A stretch of 61,509 bases of DNA from Alphaproteobacteria bacterium UBA2903 (GCA_002349565.1 DEDN01000007.1:1-61509); one strand, 5' to 3'. Shown: positions 38,229 to 48,096, counted from the stretch's first letter. Numbers and translations: made by a program. The notes: a model not told the origin generated them from the letters alone.

Positions 38229-40641
38229 CAGTATTTTTTCCGTATTTATTCAAAGCTTGGGAACAGGCGAGGTTCTGGTCAGCCTGCTGGGAATCGTCGC
38301 GGCGGCGGCTTTTGCGGGGCTGCTGGCGACAAAGCTGGGCGAGATTATTTTGCCGCGTCCGAAAGAAACGCAGGTCGCGGATTTTCTGCCTTTTGAACGC
38401 TTGAAGGAAGACGGAACGACAATCGAATGCCATGACGGGACGCTGCTGCGTGTTTTCGCCATCAAAGGGATGGATTTGGCTTTGGTTCAGCCCGAAATGC
38501 GCGCCGCGATGCTGGATGCGCGCAAAAGCTTTGTCGATTCTTTGGGGGATTTGAACGTTGTCGCCCGCTTGATTACGATTCGCGAACTGGTTCCGCTGGG
38601 CGATGAAGTCCGTCACGAAAACAAGCTGCTGGCAATGATTGCGGACCAATGGGATCGCAATTTGAACCGCGTTTTCAGGAACAAACACTATATTATTCTG
38701 TCCGTCAGCGAACGCAAAAACCATTTGCGCGACTTGAATCAGGCGGCGCAGGCGTTGACTGCCGTTTTGGACGCGTATGAACCGACCGCGCTGTTCGAAA
38801 CCAAAGAAAGCGACTTGGAACAAAGTCCCTTTACCTTTTTTGCGCGCTTGTGTTCGCCGATTTCGACCCCCCGCCCGCGAATCGGGAATTTGGAGGGGGC
38901 GGAACTGAAGTCCATGCTGACGGCGGACTACATCCACTTCACGGGGGATGAGGGAGTGATTCGCTTTTTCACGGGGGAAAGCGAACTGCTGTGCATTGTT
39001 ATGGGGCTGCGCGCTCCGGGGGACTATATGGACGAACAAATGCTGTCGGATTTGCTGTCCATTGATGTCGAATTGACGCTTTTGCACAATATTATGCCGA
39101 TTCCCAAGGTCAAGGCGATGGCTGTTTTGATGCAGCAGCAGCGTATGGCGCGTGTGACCAGTTTTTCGGGATCGACCATCGACCAATACGAAGAAGCCAT
39201 CCAGACATTGGATTCGACGGACAGCGAAACGCAAACGCTGTGCCATTATGCGATGACCATGTTCGTGTTCGGAACATCCAAGGAAGAGCTGGAATTCGGA
39301 CAGATGGAAATCGAAAGAATCTGCCGTTTGTACGGTGTGACTCCCGTTCGCGAAGGCTGGGTCGCGCAGGCGTCGTTCTTTGCGCAGTTTCCGACGTATG
39401 ACATTTATCCGCGCACTTATTCGTTCATGTCGCGCGCGGTGGCGACGGCGATGAACCTTGAAAAAGCGACGGAGGGCAACGAAAACAGCGACTGGGGTAA
39501 AGGACCCATTACGATTTTCCGCACAGTCAGCGGCACGGCGTACAGGTGGCAATTCCATGTGACGGCGGCGGCGAACGCGGTGGCGCACTGTATTTTGCTG
39601 GGTTCCACCGGTCAAGGTAAAACGACTTTGCTGGCGTTTTTGGCGGGACAAGCCATGCGGCACAGCGATCTGCGCGTTTACTTTTTCGACCGTCACCGCG
39701 GTGTCGAAGTTTTCTGCCGCGCGATTCAAGGGGCTTACGTCAACTTTGACGGCGACAAAGACTCGACGTCCATGAATCCGTTTTCCTGCAAGGATGTTCC
39801 CGAAAACCGCGCGTTTTTGCGCCGCTGGCTGAAAGCGATCACCATGGTTGACGACGCCGTTTCCGAAAAAGAGATTGCGCGTGCCGTAACGACCGCTTTC
39901 GACTATCTGCGCCCCGAGGAACGTACTTTGAAAAACCTGCACAAAAGCTGTTTTTCGCCGACGGGGGCGATGCGCCGCGAACTGTTCCGCTGGGTCAACG
40001 ATCAGCAATACGGGCTGATTTTCAATTCGCCGAACGATACGCTGGATTTGACGGCGCATTTTATCGCGTTCGACTTTACCCATATTTTCGAAGACGAAGT
40101 GCTGGCTCCCGCGGTCATCAGCTACATTATGCAGCGTATTCACAGCGTTTCGGGTCAGACGGGCGATCCCAGCCTGATTATGATCGACGAAACCGCGCCT
40201 ATGCTGAAACACCCGATGTTCCGCGACCAATTCGTTATCGGTTTGCAGGAAGGACGTAAAAAACGTCAAGCGTATTTGTGCGCGTTCCAACAGCCGAACA
40301 TCGTCGATTCGCTGGGCATGGGCGAAGTGATTCGCGGTCAGTGTCAGACGGTTATTTTCTTCCGCAACCCGCAAGGAATGGAGGAAGACTACGAAAACTG
40401 GCGTCTGACGCCGCATGAACGCGACTTTGTGTTCGGGCGCGCGTTCAAAGAGCTGAAGTACGCCATTTTGGTTTCGCGTCCCGCCGTTGGCGAATCCGTG
40501 ATTTTGGACGTGAATTTGGGCGGCTTGGGACCGTTTTTGAAATTGTATTCGTCGGGGCGCAAGCATGTGCTGCTTGCCGAACAGCTGATGAAAGAATACG
40601 GTCCCGAAGCTTTCGTCGAAAAATATCTGGAAGTGGCGTGA
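38218..40641 (+). CDS. virB4: VirB4 family T4SS ATPase
   Basis: FFAQFP, WG.GP, H..LLGSTGQGKTT, FFDR..G, NPF, LIMIDE, RK....Q and QCQT.IF..NP. Confidence 0.9.
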   Translation: MLPDSIFSVFIQSLGTGEVLVSLLGIVAAAAFAGLLATKLGEIILPRPKETQVADFLPFERLKEDGTTIECHDGTLLRVFAIKGMDLALVQPEMRAAMLDARKSFVDSLGDLNVVARLITIRELVPLGDEVRHENKLLAMIADQWDRNLNRVFRNKHYIILSVSERKNHLRDLNQAAQALTAVLDAYEPTALFETKESDLEQSPFTFFARLCSPISTPRPRIGNLEGAELKSMLTADYIHFTGDEGVIRFFTGESELLCIVMGLRAPGDYMDEQMLSDLLSIDVELTLLHNIMPIPKVKAMAVLMQQQRMARVTSFSGSTIDQYEEAIQTLDSTDSETQTLCHYAMTMFVFGTSKEELEFGQMEIERICRLYGVTPVREGWVAQASFFAQFPTYDIYPRTYSFMSRAVATAMNLEKATEGNENSDWGKGPITIFRTVSGTAYRWQFHVTAAANAVAHCILLGSTGQGKTTLLAFLAGQAMRHSDLRVYFFDRHRGVEVFCRAIQGAYVNFDGDKDSTSMNPFSCKDVPENRAFLRRWLKAITMVDDAVSEKEIARAVTTAFDYLRPEERTLKNLHKSCFSPTGAMRRELFRWVNDQQYGLIFNSPNDTLDLTAHFIAFDFTHIFEDEVLAPAVISYIMQRIHSVSGQTGDPSLIMIDETAPMLKHPMFRDQFVIGLQEGRKKRQAYLCAFQQPNIVDSLGMGEVIRGQCQTVIFFRNPQGMEEDYENWRLTPHERDFVFGRAFKELKYAILVSRPAVGESVILDVNLGGLGPFLKLYSSGRKHVLLAEQLMKEYGPEAFVEKYLEVA

Positions 40642-40790
40642 TTTTTTTCAAATAAGGCAAAGCAGACACAATTCGGATGTTTTGTCTTATTTTTGTCATA
40701 ATTGCCACAACAAAAACCATTGTTTTGCCACAATTTTATGGTTAAACTAAGAGTATAGAAGAAGAATTTCCTTTTTGACAGGAGGCTTTC

Positions 40791-41450
40791 ATGAAGCGTT
40801 TATCAAAATCCATCGCGGCGGTTGCGGTTTCGGTCCTGATGTCTGCCGAATCGGCGCATGCCATTCCCGTCCCGACAATCGGTTCGGAATTGGGGACACA
40901 AATGCAGCAGCTGCAGCAATACCTCAAATCAATCAAAGATTTGAAAGCGCAAATCGAAAACGGTGTTCAGCAAGCCAAGTCCATGGGCGACAATTTGAGC
41001 ATGGACGGGTTGAAAAACGTAGGAAAAGGGTTGAAAGCGACGGGCGTTTCCGCAATGAAGATTCATGCTTCCGTTAAAAAAATCGGCTTTTCCGAAGACA
41101 CGTTGCAGGATCCCGAAAAGAACCGCGACGTTATCGAAAAATGGCATGAAAAATCCATCAGCGGCAACTTTTCCCAGCAGGAACGCAACAATTGCCTGAC
41201 GGCGCGCCGCAGAATGACCGAAGAATTGTCTACGGCGGGGCTGTCGAATTCTTTGGCTGCCCAGCAGAAACTGGTTTCGGGCGAATCCATGAAAAACGCG
41301 CAGCAAGCCGTCAATTCCGTCAACGACCAGATGCAGCTGCTGGGCGGAAACACCGCCATGCTGAAACTGATGTATGCTCAGATGACGACGACGACGGCTT
41401 TGGATGCCAACCGCATGGCTTCCACGGCGGTAGCCGGTCTGTGCGACTGA
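40791..41450 (+). CDS. Secreted helical protein, VirB5/TrbJ-like
   Basis: Signal peptide ending SAHA, IPVPT followed by a Gln-rich heptad; AGGAGG RBS. Confidence 0.6.
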   Translation: MKRLSKSIAAVAVSVLMSAESAHAIPVPTIGSELGTQMQQLQQYLKSIKDLKAQIENGVQQAKSMGDNLSMDGLKNVGKGLKATGVSAMKIHASVKKIGFSEDTLQDPEKNRDVIEKWHEKSISGNFSQQERNNCLTARRRMTEELSTAGLSNSLAAQQKLVSGESMKNAQQAVNSVNDQMQLLGGNTAMLKLMYAQMTTTTALDANRMASTAVAGLCD

Positions 41451-41484
41451 CGCGCGTCAACGTAAACAAAGAAGGAGAAAACGC

Positions 41485-42156
41485 ATGATTAAAAAATACA
41501 CCCTTCTTGCTTCGGTTGCCGCTGTGTTAGGTACGGCAATGCCGGCGTCGGCGCAGACGACAACGGACGCCGCGATGAAAATTCAGGCTTTGCTGGATCA
41601 GTTTTCGGGCATTCGCGCCGAACTGAAACAGGCGCAGTCCAGTATCAACGTTGAAACGATGCTGGGCAATCTGCAGGGCAATTACAAAGATGTTTTGAAA
41701 AACGCCGCGGGAACGATTATGGATCCCAACAAAAAGGCGACCGCCGAAGAGGTTTCCGCTTTGGTCGTGCCGGGCGGCATCAAATCCAAGCTGGATGACA
41801 CCGAAGCGTCCGCCAAGTGGCTGCGTGAAAACATGCATCCGAAAAAAGACGCGACCGAAGAGGAAAAAGGCGAAATCCGCAGAAAAGCCGACCAGTTCCA
41901 GTATATCACCGATATGATGAGCTACGGCAAAGCGGCGGCGATTCGCAAAAAACTGGATAAATCGCTCAAAAGCGTTGAAAAATTGCGGCAGGAAGCCGAA
42001 AACACCACCGCAGAAACGGATTTGCAGAACCAAAACAACAAGCTGCTTCTGCTGAAAAAAGAACAGCTGGAAATCACGCAAATGCTCAAAGCGATCGATC
42101 AACAAATGATTGCCATCAAGCGGACGAATTCCTCCGAACTGGTCAATCAGGAATAA
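41485..42156 (+). CDS. Secreted helical protein, VirB5/TrbJ-like
   Basis: Signal peptide ending ASA, about 220 aa coiled coil, C-terminal DLQ.QN..L pattern. Confidence 0.55.
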   Translation: MIKKYTLLASVAAVLGTAMPASAQTTTDAAMKIQALLDQFSGIRAELKQAQSSINVETMLGNLQGNYKDVLKNAAGTIMDPNKKATAEEVSALVVPGGIKSKLDDTEASAKWLRENMHPKKDATEEEKGEIRRKADQFQYITDMMSYGKAAAIRKKLDKSLKSVEKLRQEAENTTAETDLQNQNNKLLLLKKEQLEITQMLKAIDQQMIAIKRTNSSELVNQE

Positions 42157-42168
42157 AGGAGCGGAACA

Positions 42169-42948
42169 ATGTTAAAAAGAAAACTGATTTTAACGGGATT
42201 GTTGACGACCGCTCTGATGACGCCGGCGGCGGCGCAGGCGGGCTGGCCGACATACGACGTGGCAAAGCTGGCGTCTTTGATTTCCAATCTGGCGGCGCGT
42301 TATCAGCCTATTGCGGGTCTGGTTCAGCGTACGGAACAGCTGGCGGAAATGAAAAAACAGATTGAAGCCGCGGGCAAAGCCGCCATGTCGGGCGACGTCA
42401 AATCCATGGGAAAAGTCGCAGGCAAGGCTTTGAAAAGCGATTCTTTTTCATCCATTCCGCCTTTGCCGCACGAGGAAAAAGCCAAAAACGGCGGATCGGC
42501 GCAGGAAGTGACCGATGTTTTGTGGGATACCTACTTCTTTAAACAGAACGAAAATCCCAGTCAGGCTCAAATGAACGAAAAAAGAAAAGCGCGTGAGCTG
42601 ATGCGGGCGAAAGTCGAACTGGTGTACAAAGCCAAGTCGCTGTATTACACCAACAAAGCCAAATCCGCAGGCGAAGAACGCGTCAAAAAAATCGAAAACG
42701 CGATGGAAAAGGCGGGAACGCTGCAAGACGCGGTCAACGCCAACACGGTCGCCGTGATGTCGCTGAACTTCGAACGGCTGGATCAGGTTTCGATGATGGT
42801 TTCCCAGCTGCAGCGCGAAGGCGTGCGCCAGCTGTACAAAGCGCCGTTTACGCGGATGACGAAACCCGAACCGCCGGAATTCGGTGCCGAAGCCGAAAAG
42901 GAAATGGGTTCACTCAAAGTAAAGGACGAAGCCGATGTTGATTTGTAA
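42169..42948 (+). CDS. Secreted protein, VirB5/TrbJ-like
   Basis: Signal peptide ending AQA, then GWPTYD (compare G.PV.D of VirB5/TrbJ); TLQDAVNANT. Confidence 0.6.
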   Translation: MLKRKLILTGLLTTALMTPAAAQAGWPTYDVAKLASLISNLAARYQPIAGLVQRTEQLAEMKKQIEAAGKAAMSGDVKSMGKVAGKALKSDSFSSIPPLPHEEKAKNGGSAQEVTDVLWDTYFFKQNENPSQAQMNEKRKARELMRAKVELVYKAKSLYYTNKAKSAGEERVKKIENAMEKAGTLQDAVNANTVAVMSLNFERLDQVSMMVSQLQREGVRQLYKAPFTRMTKPEPPEFGAEAEKEMGSLKVKDEADVDL

Positions 42949-43708
42949 TAAAATTAAAAAAGCAGTCATCCTCGCCGCTTTGGCGGTTGTTATGGTGCCG
43001 TCGGCAGCTTCGGCGTGCAATCCGATAAACCCGATCTGCCTGTTCAAAAAAATGCTGAAAGCCTGCCCGGGTCTGCCTGTTTTCGACTTTGTATCCGTGC
43101 CGGCGATTATTCCCCACGTTCCCGCGGCGCTGTCGCGTGAAGCGCAGAACAAAGCCAAGGAATTTGCGGATAAAAAACTGGAGCAGATTCGTTCGGTCGG
43201 CAAACCCGCCGATGTCAAAATGCCCAAAACCATTTCGGTCAAGGGGGCGGAACTGCCGAACGGCAAGGAAATCGCGTCTTTGGAGGCTTTCCCGAAAGTC
43301 GACGGCGAAGATCCTTTGAAAATCGCGCAGGCGGTCGAAGTGCTGTTTCTGCGTCCCGGCTGGCAAGACGGCGGGGAATCCGGTTTTTCGTCGTACGATA
43401 TGGAACTGATGGCGTACTACCGCAAGCAGTTTCAGCTGAACAACATCGTCGAAGCCGTCGGATTTTATACCGTTTTGGACAGCAAGATTGAAGAATTGAT
43501 GGCTTCTGCGGAAAAAATCCAATCACAGCTGGAATCCGCCGACGATCTGAACAAATCGGAACGCGTGAACTATGAAGCGAACCTGCTGGAATATCAGCTG
43601 CAGATCGTCTACAACCAGCTCTTGGCGCTGAAAGTCCAGCTGGTCGCCGTTGCCGATTTGGTCGGACTGCAGCCGATTTTGACCGAGCCGCTGTTGGGCA
43701 AAATGTAA
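42935..43708 (+). CDS. Secreted protein, VirB5/TrbJ-like, with N-terminal cysteines
   Basis: Signal peptide ending ASA, C..C..CPGLPVFD, and a helical C-terminus with A.DL. Confidence 0.55.
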   Translation: MLICNKIKKAVILAALAVVMVPSAASACNPINPICLFKKMLKACPGLPVFDFVSVPAIIPHVPAALSREAQNKAKEFADKKLEQIRSVGKPADVKMPKTISVKGAELPNGKEIASLEAFPKVDGEDPLKIAQAVEVLFLRPGWQDGGESGFSSYDMELMAYYRKQFQLNNIVEAVGFYTVLDSKIEELMASAEKIQSQLESADDLNKSERVNYEANLLEYQLQIVYNQLLALKVQLVAVADLVGLQPILTEPLLGKM

Positions 43709-43724
43709 TACAAGGAGAACCGAG

Positions 43725-45503
43725 ATGAAATCTTCGCTGAAAAAAACATTACTGACGGTTACATTCTTGTCTGCGGGCGGGTTTGTGTTCGCGCAGTCTG
43801 CCGAAGCCGCTTCGTTTTTCGCGCAAACCGAAGCCGACCCCGTTGTCGTCAACAAAGACGCGGAACAGTACAATGTGCTGAGCGATGTGAAAGACAACGT
43901 GAATGCGGCGATGGAGCTGCATAAAACGGCGGGAACGTTCTTAGCCGACAAAAAAGTCCTGCAAGGCTACAAAGACAGCGTTGAAATGTACAACGAAATC
44001 AAAAACCGTTTGCAGCAGAATATTCAATGCAACGAAACGTCGCTGAAAGAACATTTCTCCGACGGGGAAACGGTTTGGAAAAACGTGTCCGCATGGGCGG
44101 AAGACAGCGCGTCGAAACTGCTGGCGAAAGCGTCGGACGCTTTGAATACGGACAGCGAAACGGACGCGGGGCTGAAAGCGTTGGAGAAAAAAGCCGATTC
44201 GGGCGATTTTTCCGATACGGGCGCAAATATCAAAACTCCCGTTGTTGCGGATTCGTACGGAACGGACATGAATCTGGACGATTTGGCGGTTTATGCCAAA
44301 GTGCGCTGGGACGTCGGCTATCAAGTGCTGAAAGACTTGTACGCTTCACCCGAAAAATGGGGGTCGGTCAAAAAGCCGTTTTCCATTTGGCAGGATCAGC
44401 GTTACAGCTACAACGCCTATTTGAAAGACAAATATACGCAGATGACTGCGCCGTACAACACCAAAAACGCTTCGCTGCCCGCCGTTCCGCAGCTGTCTGA
44501 CAGTGACGCGGGCGTTCCGTCCGACTACTTTACGGGGACGGTTCCGCAGAATCCGACGGCTTCCGATTATTCGGGAAAAACGCCGGACGCGCGCTGGTGC
44601 GGCAAAGGCAATACTTGCGAACGCATCAACAAAGGCACGCTGTATGCGCAGCACGTTGCTTATGTGGCGGCGCTGAAGCAGCTGCCGCTGAAGCTGGGGC
44701 AATCGACGCCCGACATGTCGGCGCCGTATTTGCCGTCCGTGCCGCTGCCGCCATGGCGTGAATCCGTGTATATTCTGGGCGTCAACAAGGAACTGCCCGA
44801 ACTGGGGTCGGAGCTGCCCGAACCGTGGGCGCGCATCGTCCAGAACATCAACTATTTTTCGTCAAAAGGCGAAATGGCGAATCTGGTTGAAAAGAAAGGC
44901 AATACCGTGCGTTTCCGCCCCGGTGATTACGATGCGGAATCGGGCGAAGTCAAACTGGACAAGAAAGGCAATCCGAAATTGCCGATTCCGCTGTCGACGA
45001 ACCGCATCAGCGCTTATTTGTCGCTGAAAGATGCGCTGACACAGCAGGAACCCGTCAAGGAACGCGCCGAAGCGTCCATCAAGGAAATGGGTGAAAATGT
45101 TTTGGCGGCTTTTGCCAAAGCGGGCTATCAGGTCGAAAATCCCGAAAGCTTTGATTTGGCGAAAGACGGCGACTATAACACAGCCGTTCGGAAATTCACG
45201 GAACTGCAGAAGGAAAAAATCGAAGCCGCTCGGCAGAAAATTGCGGAACTGAAACGCCAATATTCCGGCAAGATCATGCCGTCCGTCCAACAAATGCTGG
45301 ATGAAGAAAACAGAACCATCAAAGCGATGGAAAAGGACAAGGAGTTTTTGGTCGATGTGACGCGTTCCAACGCGGCGGATATCGATTCGCTGATAAAAAC
45401 GGCGGTGGCGGACAGAGTCGCCAACGAAACGTATCAGACGAATTTGGATCAGCAAATGGAAGATATGTCCCCCGTTCCTGCGGTTGGATGTCCCGTGCTG
45501 TAA
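43725..45503 (+). CDS. Large secreted hypothetical protein
   Basis: 592 aa, signal peptide, AAGGAG RBS, last gene before a terminator. Confidence 0.75.
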   Translation: MKSSLKKTLLTVTFLSAGGFVFAQSAEAASFFAQTEADPVVVNKDAEQYNVLSDVKDNVNAAMELHKTAGTFLADKKVLQGYKDSVEMYNEIKNRLQQNIQCNETSLKEHFSDGETVWKNVSAWAEDSASKLLAKASDALNTDSETDAGLKALEKKADSGDFSDTGANIKTPVVADSYGTDMNLDDLAVYAKVRWDVGYQVLKDLYASPEKWGSVKKPFSIWQDQRYSYNAYLKDKYTQMTAPYNTKNASLPAVPQLSDSDAGVPSDYFTGTVPQNPTASDYSGKTPDARWCGKGNTCERINKGTLYAQHVAYVAALKQLPLKLGQSTPDMSAPYLPSVPLPPWRESVYILGVNKELPELGSELPEPWARIVQNINYFSSKGEMANLVEKKGNTVRFRPGDYDAESGEVKLDKKGNPKLPIPLSTNRISAYLSLKDALTQQEPVKERAEASIKEMGENVLAAFAKAGYQVENPESFDLAKDGDYNTAVRKFTELQKEKIEAARQKIAELKRQYSGKIMPSVQQMLDEENRTIKAMEKDKEFLVDVTRSNAADIDSLIKTAVADRVANETYQTNLDQQMEDMSPVPAVGCPVL

Positions 45504-45515
45504 AAATTCCACTTG

Positions 45516-45556
45516 AAAAAAACAGGCTCTTCGGTTTTTGAAGAGCCTGTTTTTTT
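45516..45556 (+). terminator. Intrinsic terminator
   Basis: AAACAGGCTCTTC-N7-GAAGAGCCTGTTT followed by a T-tract. Confidence 0.8.
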
Positions 45557-45669
45557 GTTTTGTTTTTTTCAGAGTCGGACGAAAATTTCGGTTGACGCAA
45601 AAATTTCTTTTGCCAAAGCGGCGGGGAATCGCGGGAAACTCTGAACAAAAATTTTTCTGAAAAATTCCT

Positions 45670-45698
45670 TTGACGCGGCACGTCTTTATGGATAGTCT
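45670..45698 (+). promoter_or_regulatory. Putative nrdD promoter
   Basis: TTGACG-N17-TAGTCT upstream of the NrdR boxes. Confidence 0.45.
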
Positions 45699-45732
45699 GC
45701 TGTCTAACGAGATTAAGGATTTTTCAATCTTT

Positions 45733-45780
45733 TAACAATATATAGTGAATAGAGGTTGCTGTGGACACAAATTCTTGTCG
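45733..45780. promoter_or_regulatory. Tandem NrdR boxes
   Basis: TAACAATATATAGTGA (45733-45748) and ACACAAATTCTTGTCG (45765-45780), 32 bp apart, matching acaCwAtATaTwGtgt. Confidence 0.75.
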
Positions 45781-45806
45781 GGCGGCGGCTTGGTAAAACG
45801 GAGAAG

Positions 45807-47870
45807 ATGATGACGGAAAAAACGCCGAAATTAGAACTGGTTACGCCCGTTGAGGACGAAAAAACGGAGCTGTCGCACATTGTCAAACGCGACGGATCGC
45901 AGGTTGTTTTCAATTCTGAAAAAATCATGTCGGCGATTCGCCGCGCGGGTGAAGCGACCGAAGAATTCGATCAGGACGAAGCCAATCTGCTGACGAATCA
46001 GGTTATCAAAGTTTTGCGTCACCGCTTTTCCAAAGGCGTTTTGCCGACCATTGAGCAGATTCAGGACGTCGTTGAACAGGTTTTGATTTCCGCGAACTAC
46101 TACAAAACGGCGCGCGCCTATATCGTGTACCGCGAACAGCGCAGCAAATCCCGTCAGGACAAAAAAACGCTGATTGACGTCGCCTCGTCGGTCAACGAAT
46201 ATTTGGAACGCGCGGACTGGCGCGTCAACGCGAACGCGAATCAGGGCTATTCCTTGGGCGGTTTGATTTTGAACGTTTCGGGCAAAATCATCGCGAACTA
46301 CTGGCTGTCGCACGTTTATCCGCAGGCGGCGGGCGAAGCGCACCGCAACGGCGATTTCCATATTCACGATTTGGACATGCTGTCGGGGTATTGCGCGGGC
46401 TGGTCTTTGCGCGCTTTGCTGCAGGAAGGCTTGAACGGCGTTCCGGGCAAGGTCGAATCGGGGATTCCCAAGCACTTGGGTTCCGCTTTGGGGCAGATGG
46501 TCAACTTCCTTGGCACTTTGCAAAACGAATGGGCGGGTGCGCAGGCTTTTTCGTCCGTCGATACTTATCTGGCGCCTTTTATCCGCAAAGACAAGCTGTC
46601 TTATGACGAAGTAAAGCAGAATTTCCAAGAATTCATTTACAATCTGAACGTCCCGTCCCGCTGGGGGACGCAGACGCCCTTTACGAACTTGACGTTCGAC
46701 TGGGTCTGCCCCGAAGATTTGCGCGAACAGAATCCCGTCATCGGCGGCGAGGAAATGGATTTCACTTACGGCGATTTGACCGAAGAAATGGCGATGATCA
46801 ACCGCGCCTATATCGAAGTCATGACCGCGGGCGACGCAAAAGGCCGTTTGTTCACGTTCCCGATTCCGACGTACAACATCACGCCCGATTTTCCGTGGGA
46901 AAGCGAAAACGCCGACCGTTTGTTTGAAATGACGGCGAAATACGGCTTGCCGTACTTCCAGAACTTCATCAACTCCAGCTTGAAGCCGGGGCAGGTGCGT
47001 TCGATGTGCTGCCGCTTGCAGCTGGATTTGCGCGAATTGCTGGCGCGCGGCAACGGGCTGTTCGGTTCCGCCGAACAAACGGGATCGGTCGGAGTCGTGA
47101 CGCTGAACTGCGCGCGCTTGGGCTATTTGTTCAAAGGCGACGAAGCGGGATTGATGCGCCGTTTGGACGAACTGATGGATTTGGCGCGCACGACGCTGGA
47201 AATCAAGCGCAAAGTCATTCAGCGCCACATGGACGCGGGGCTGTTTCCGTACACCAAGCGCTACCTTGGCACGCTGAGAAACCACTTCTCGACAATCGGG
47301 GTGAACGGCATCAACGAAATGATTCGCAACTTCACAAACGACGAACACGACATTACGGACGAATTCGGTCAAGCGATGGCGAATCGGTTTTTGGAATACA
47401 TCCGCGGCAAAATGGTTGTGTTCCAGCAGGAAACGGGCAGCATGTACAACTTGGAAGCCACGCCCGCCGAAGGCACGACCTACCGTTTGGCAAAAGAAGA
47501 CCAAAAACGCTACCCCGGCATCATTCAGGCGGGAACGAAAGCCGCGCCGTATTACACGAACTCGTCGCAGCTGCCCGTCGGCTTTACGGACGATCCGTTC
47601 ACCGCTTTGAACCTGCAGGAAGCTTTGCAGTCCAAATACACGGGCGGAACGGTGATGCACTTGTACATGGGCGAACGGATTTCGGACGCCAAAACGTGCC
47701 GTATGCTTCTTAAGAGAATTTTAGAGAATTATCGGATACCCTATGTAACGGTGACACCGACGTTTTCGATTTGTCCCAAACATGGTTATATTTCGGGTGA
47801 ACACAAATTCTGCCCCTACTGTGACGAAGAATTGTTTCAGGCGAAACGTCAGCAGGCTTGTTCCTGTTGA
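45807..47870 (+). CDS. nrdD: Class III ribonucleotide reductase catalytic subunit (no C-terminal glycyl-radical peptide)
   Basis: ATP-cone VKRDG, HIHDL, YCAGW, SMCCRL, EATPAE, YYTNS and CxxH..CxxC. Confidence 0.92.
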   Translation: MMTEKTPKLELVTPVEDEKTELSHIVKRDGSQVVFNSEKIMSAIRRAGEATEEFDQDEANLLTNQVIKVLRHRFSKGVLPTIEQIQDVVEQVLISANYYKTARAYIVYREQRSKSRQDKKTLIDVASSVNEYLERADWRVNANANQGYSLGGLILNVSGKIIANYWLSHVYPQAAGEAHRNGDFHIHDLDMLSGYCAGWSLRALLQEGLNGVPGKVESGIPKHLGSALGQMVNFLGTLQNEWAGAQAFSSVDTYLAPFIRKDKLSYDEVKQNFQEFIYNLNVPSRWGTQTPFTNLTFDWVCPEDLREQNPVIGGEEMDFTYGDLTEEMAMINRAYIEVMTAGDAKGRLFTFPIPTYNITPDFPWESENADRLFEMTAKYGLPYFQNFINSSLKPGQVRSMCCRLQLDLRELLARGNGLFGSAEQTGSVGVVTLNCARLGYLFKGDEAGLMRRLDELMDLARTTLEIKRKVIQRHMDAGLFPYTKRYLGTLRNHFSTIGVNGINEMIRNFTNDEHDITDEFGQAMANRFLEYIRGKMVVFQQETGSMYNLEATPAEGTTYRLAKEDQKRYPGIIQAGTKAAPYYTNSSQLPVGFTDDPFTALNLQEALQSKYTGGTVMHLYMGERISDAKTCRMLLKRILENYRIPYVTVTPTFSICPKHGYISGEHKFCPYCDEELFQAKRQQACSC

Positions 47871-47900
47871 TTCGGGCGATAAAATGAAAGTGAGTGGACT

Positions 47901-48089
47901 ATGACTGAACAAACAAAAATCGAACTTTCCGACAGCGAACGTCAACCGTGCGAAGTGTGGACGCGCGTAATGGGCTATTTCCGCCCCGTTTCCGAATTCA
48001 ATATCGGCAAGAAATCCGAATATGCGGAACGCAAGTGCTTTTCCGAAAAGAAAGCCACAAGCAAGTGTTTGGATATCGCGGCAGAGTAA
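47901..48089 (+). CDS. Stand-alone NrdD glycyl-radical domain
   Basis: CEVWTRVMGYFRPV..N.GK..E..ER. Confidence 0.88.
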   Translation: MTEQTKIELSDSERQPCEVWTRVMGYFRPVSEFNIGKKSEYAERKCFSEKKATSKCLDIAAE

Positions 48090-48096
48090 GCGTATC

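Noticed and set aside
38188-40566. 792-aa antisense ORF, and similar long antisense ORFs over nrdD, rne, pheS and the ATP-grasp gene
   Set aside because: Shadow frames of well-supported genes, expected from codon bias; no motifs or RBS.
27091-45503. Integrative conjugative element or prophage
   Set aside because: No integrase, relaxase, coupling protein, att repeats, tRNA target or phage genes were seen in or around the block.
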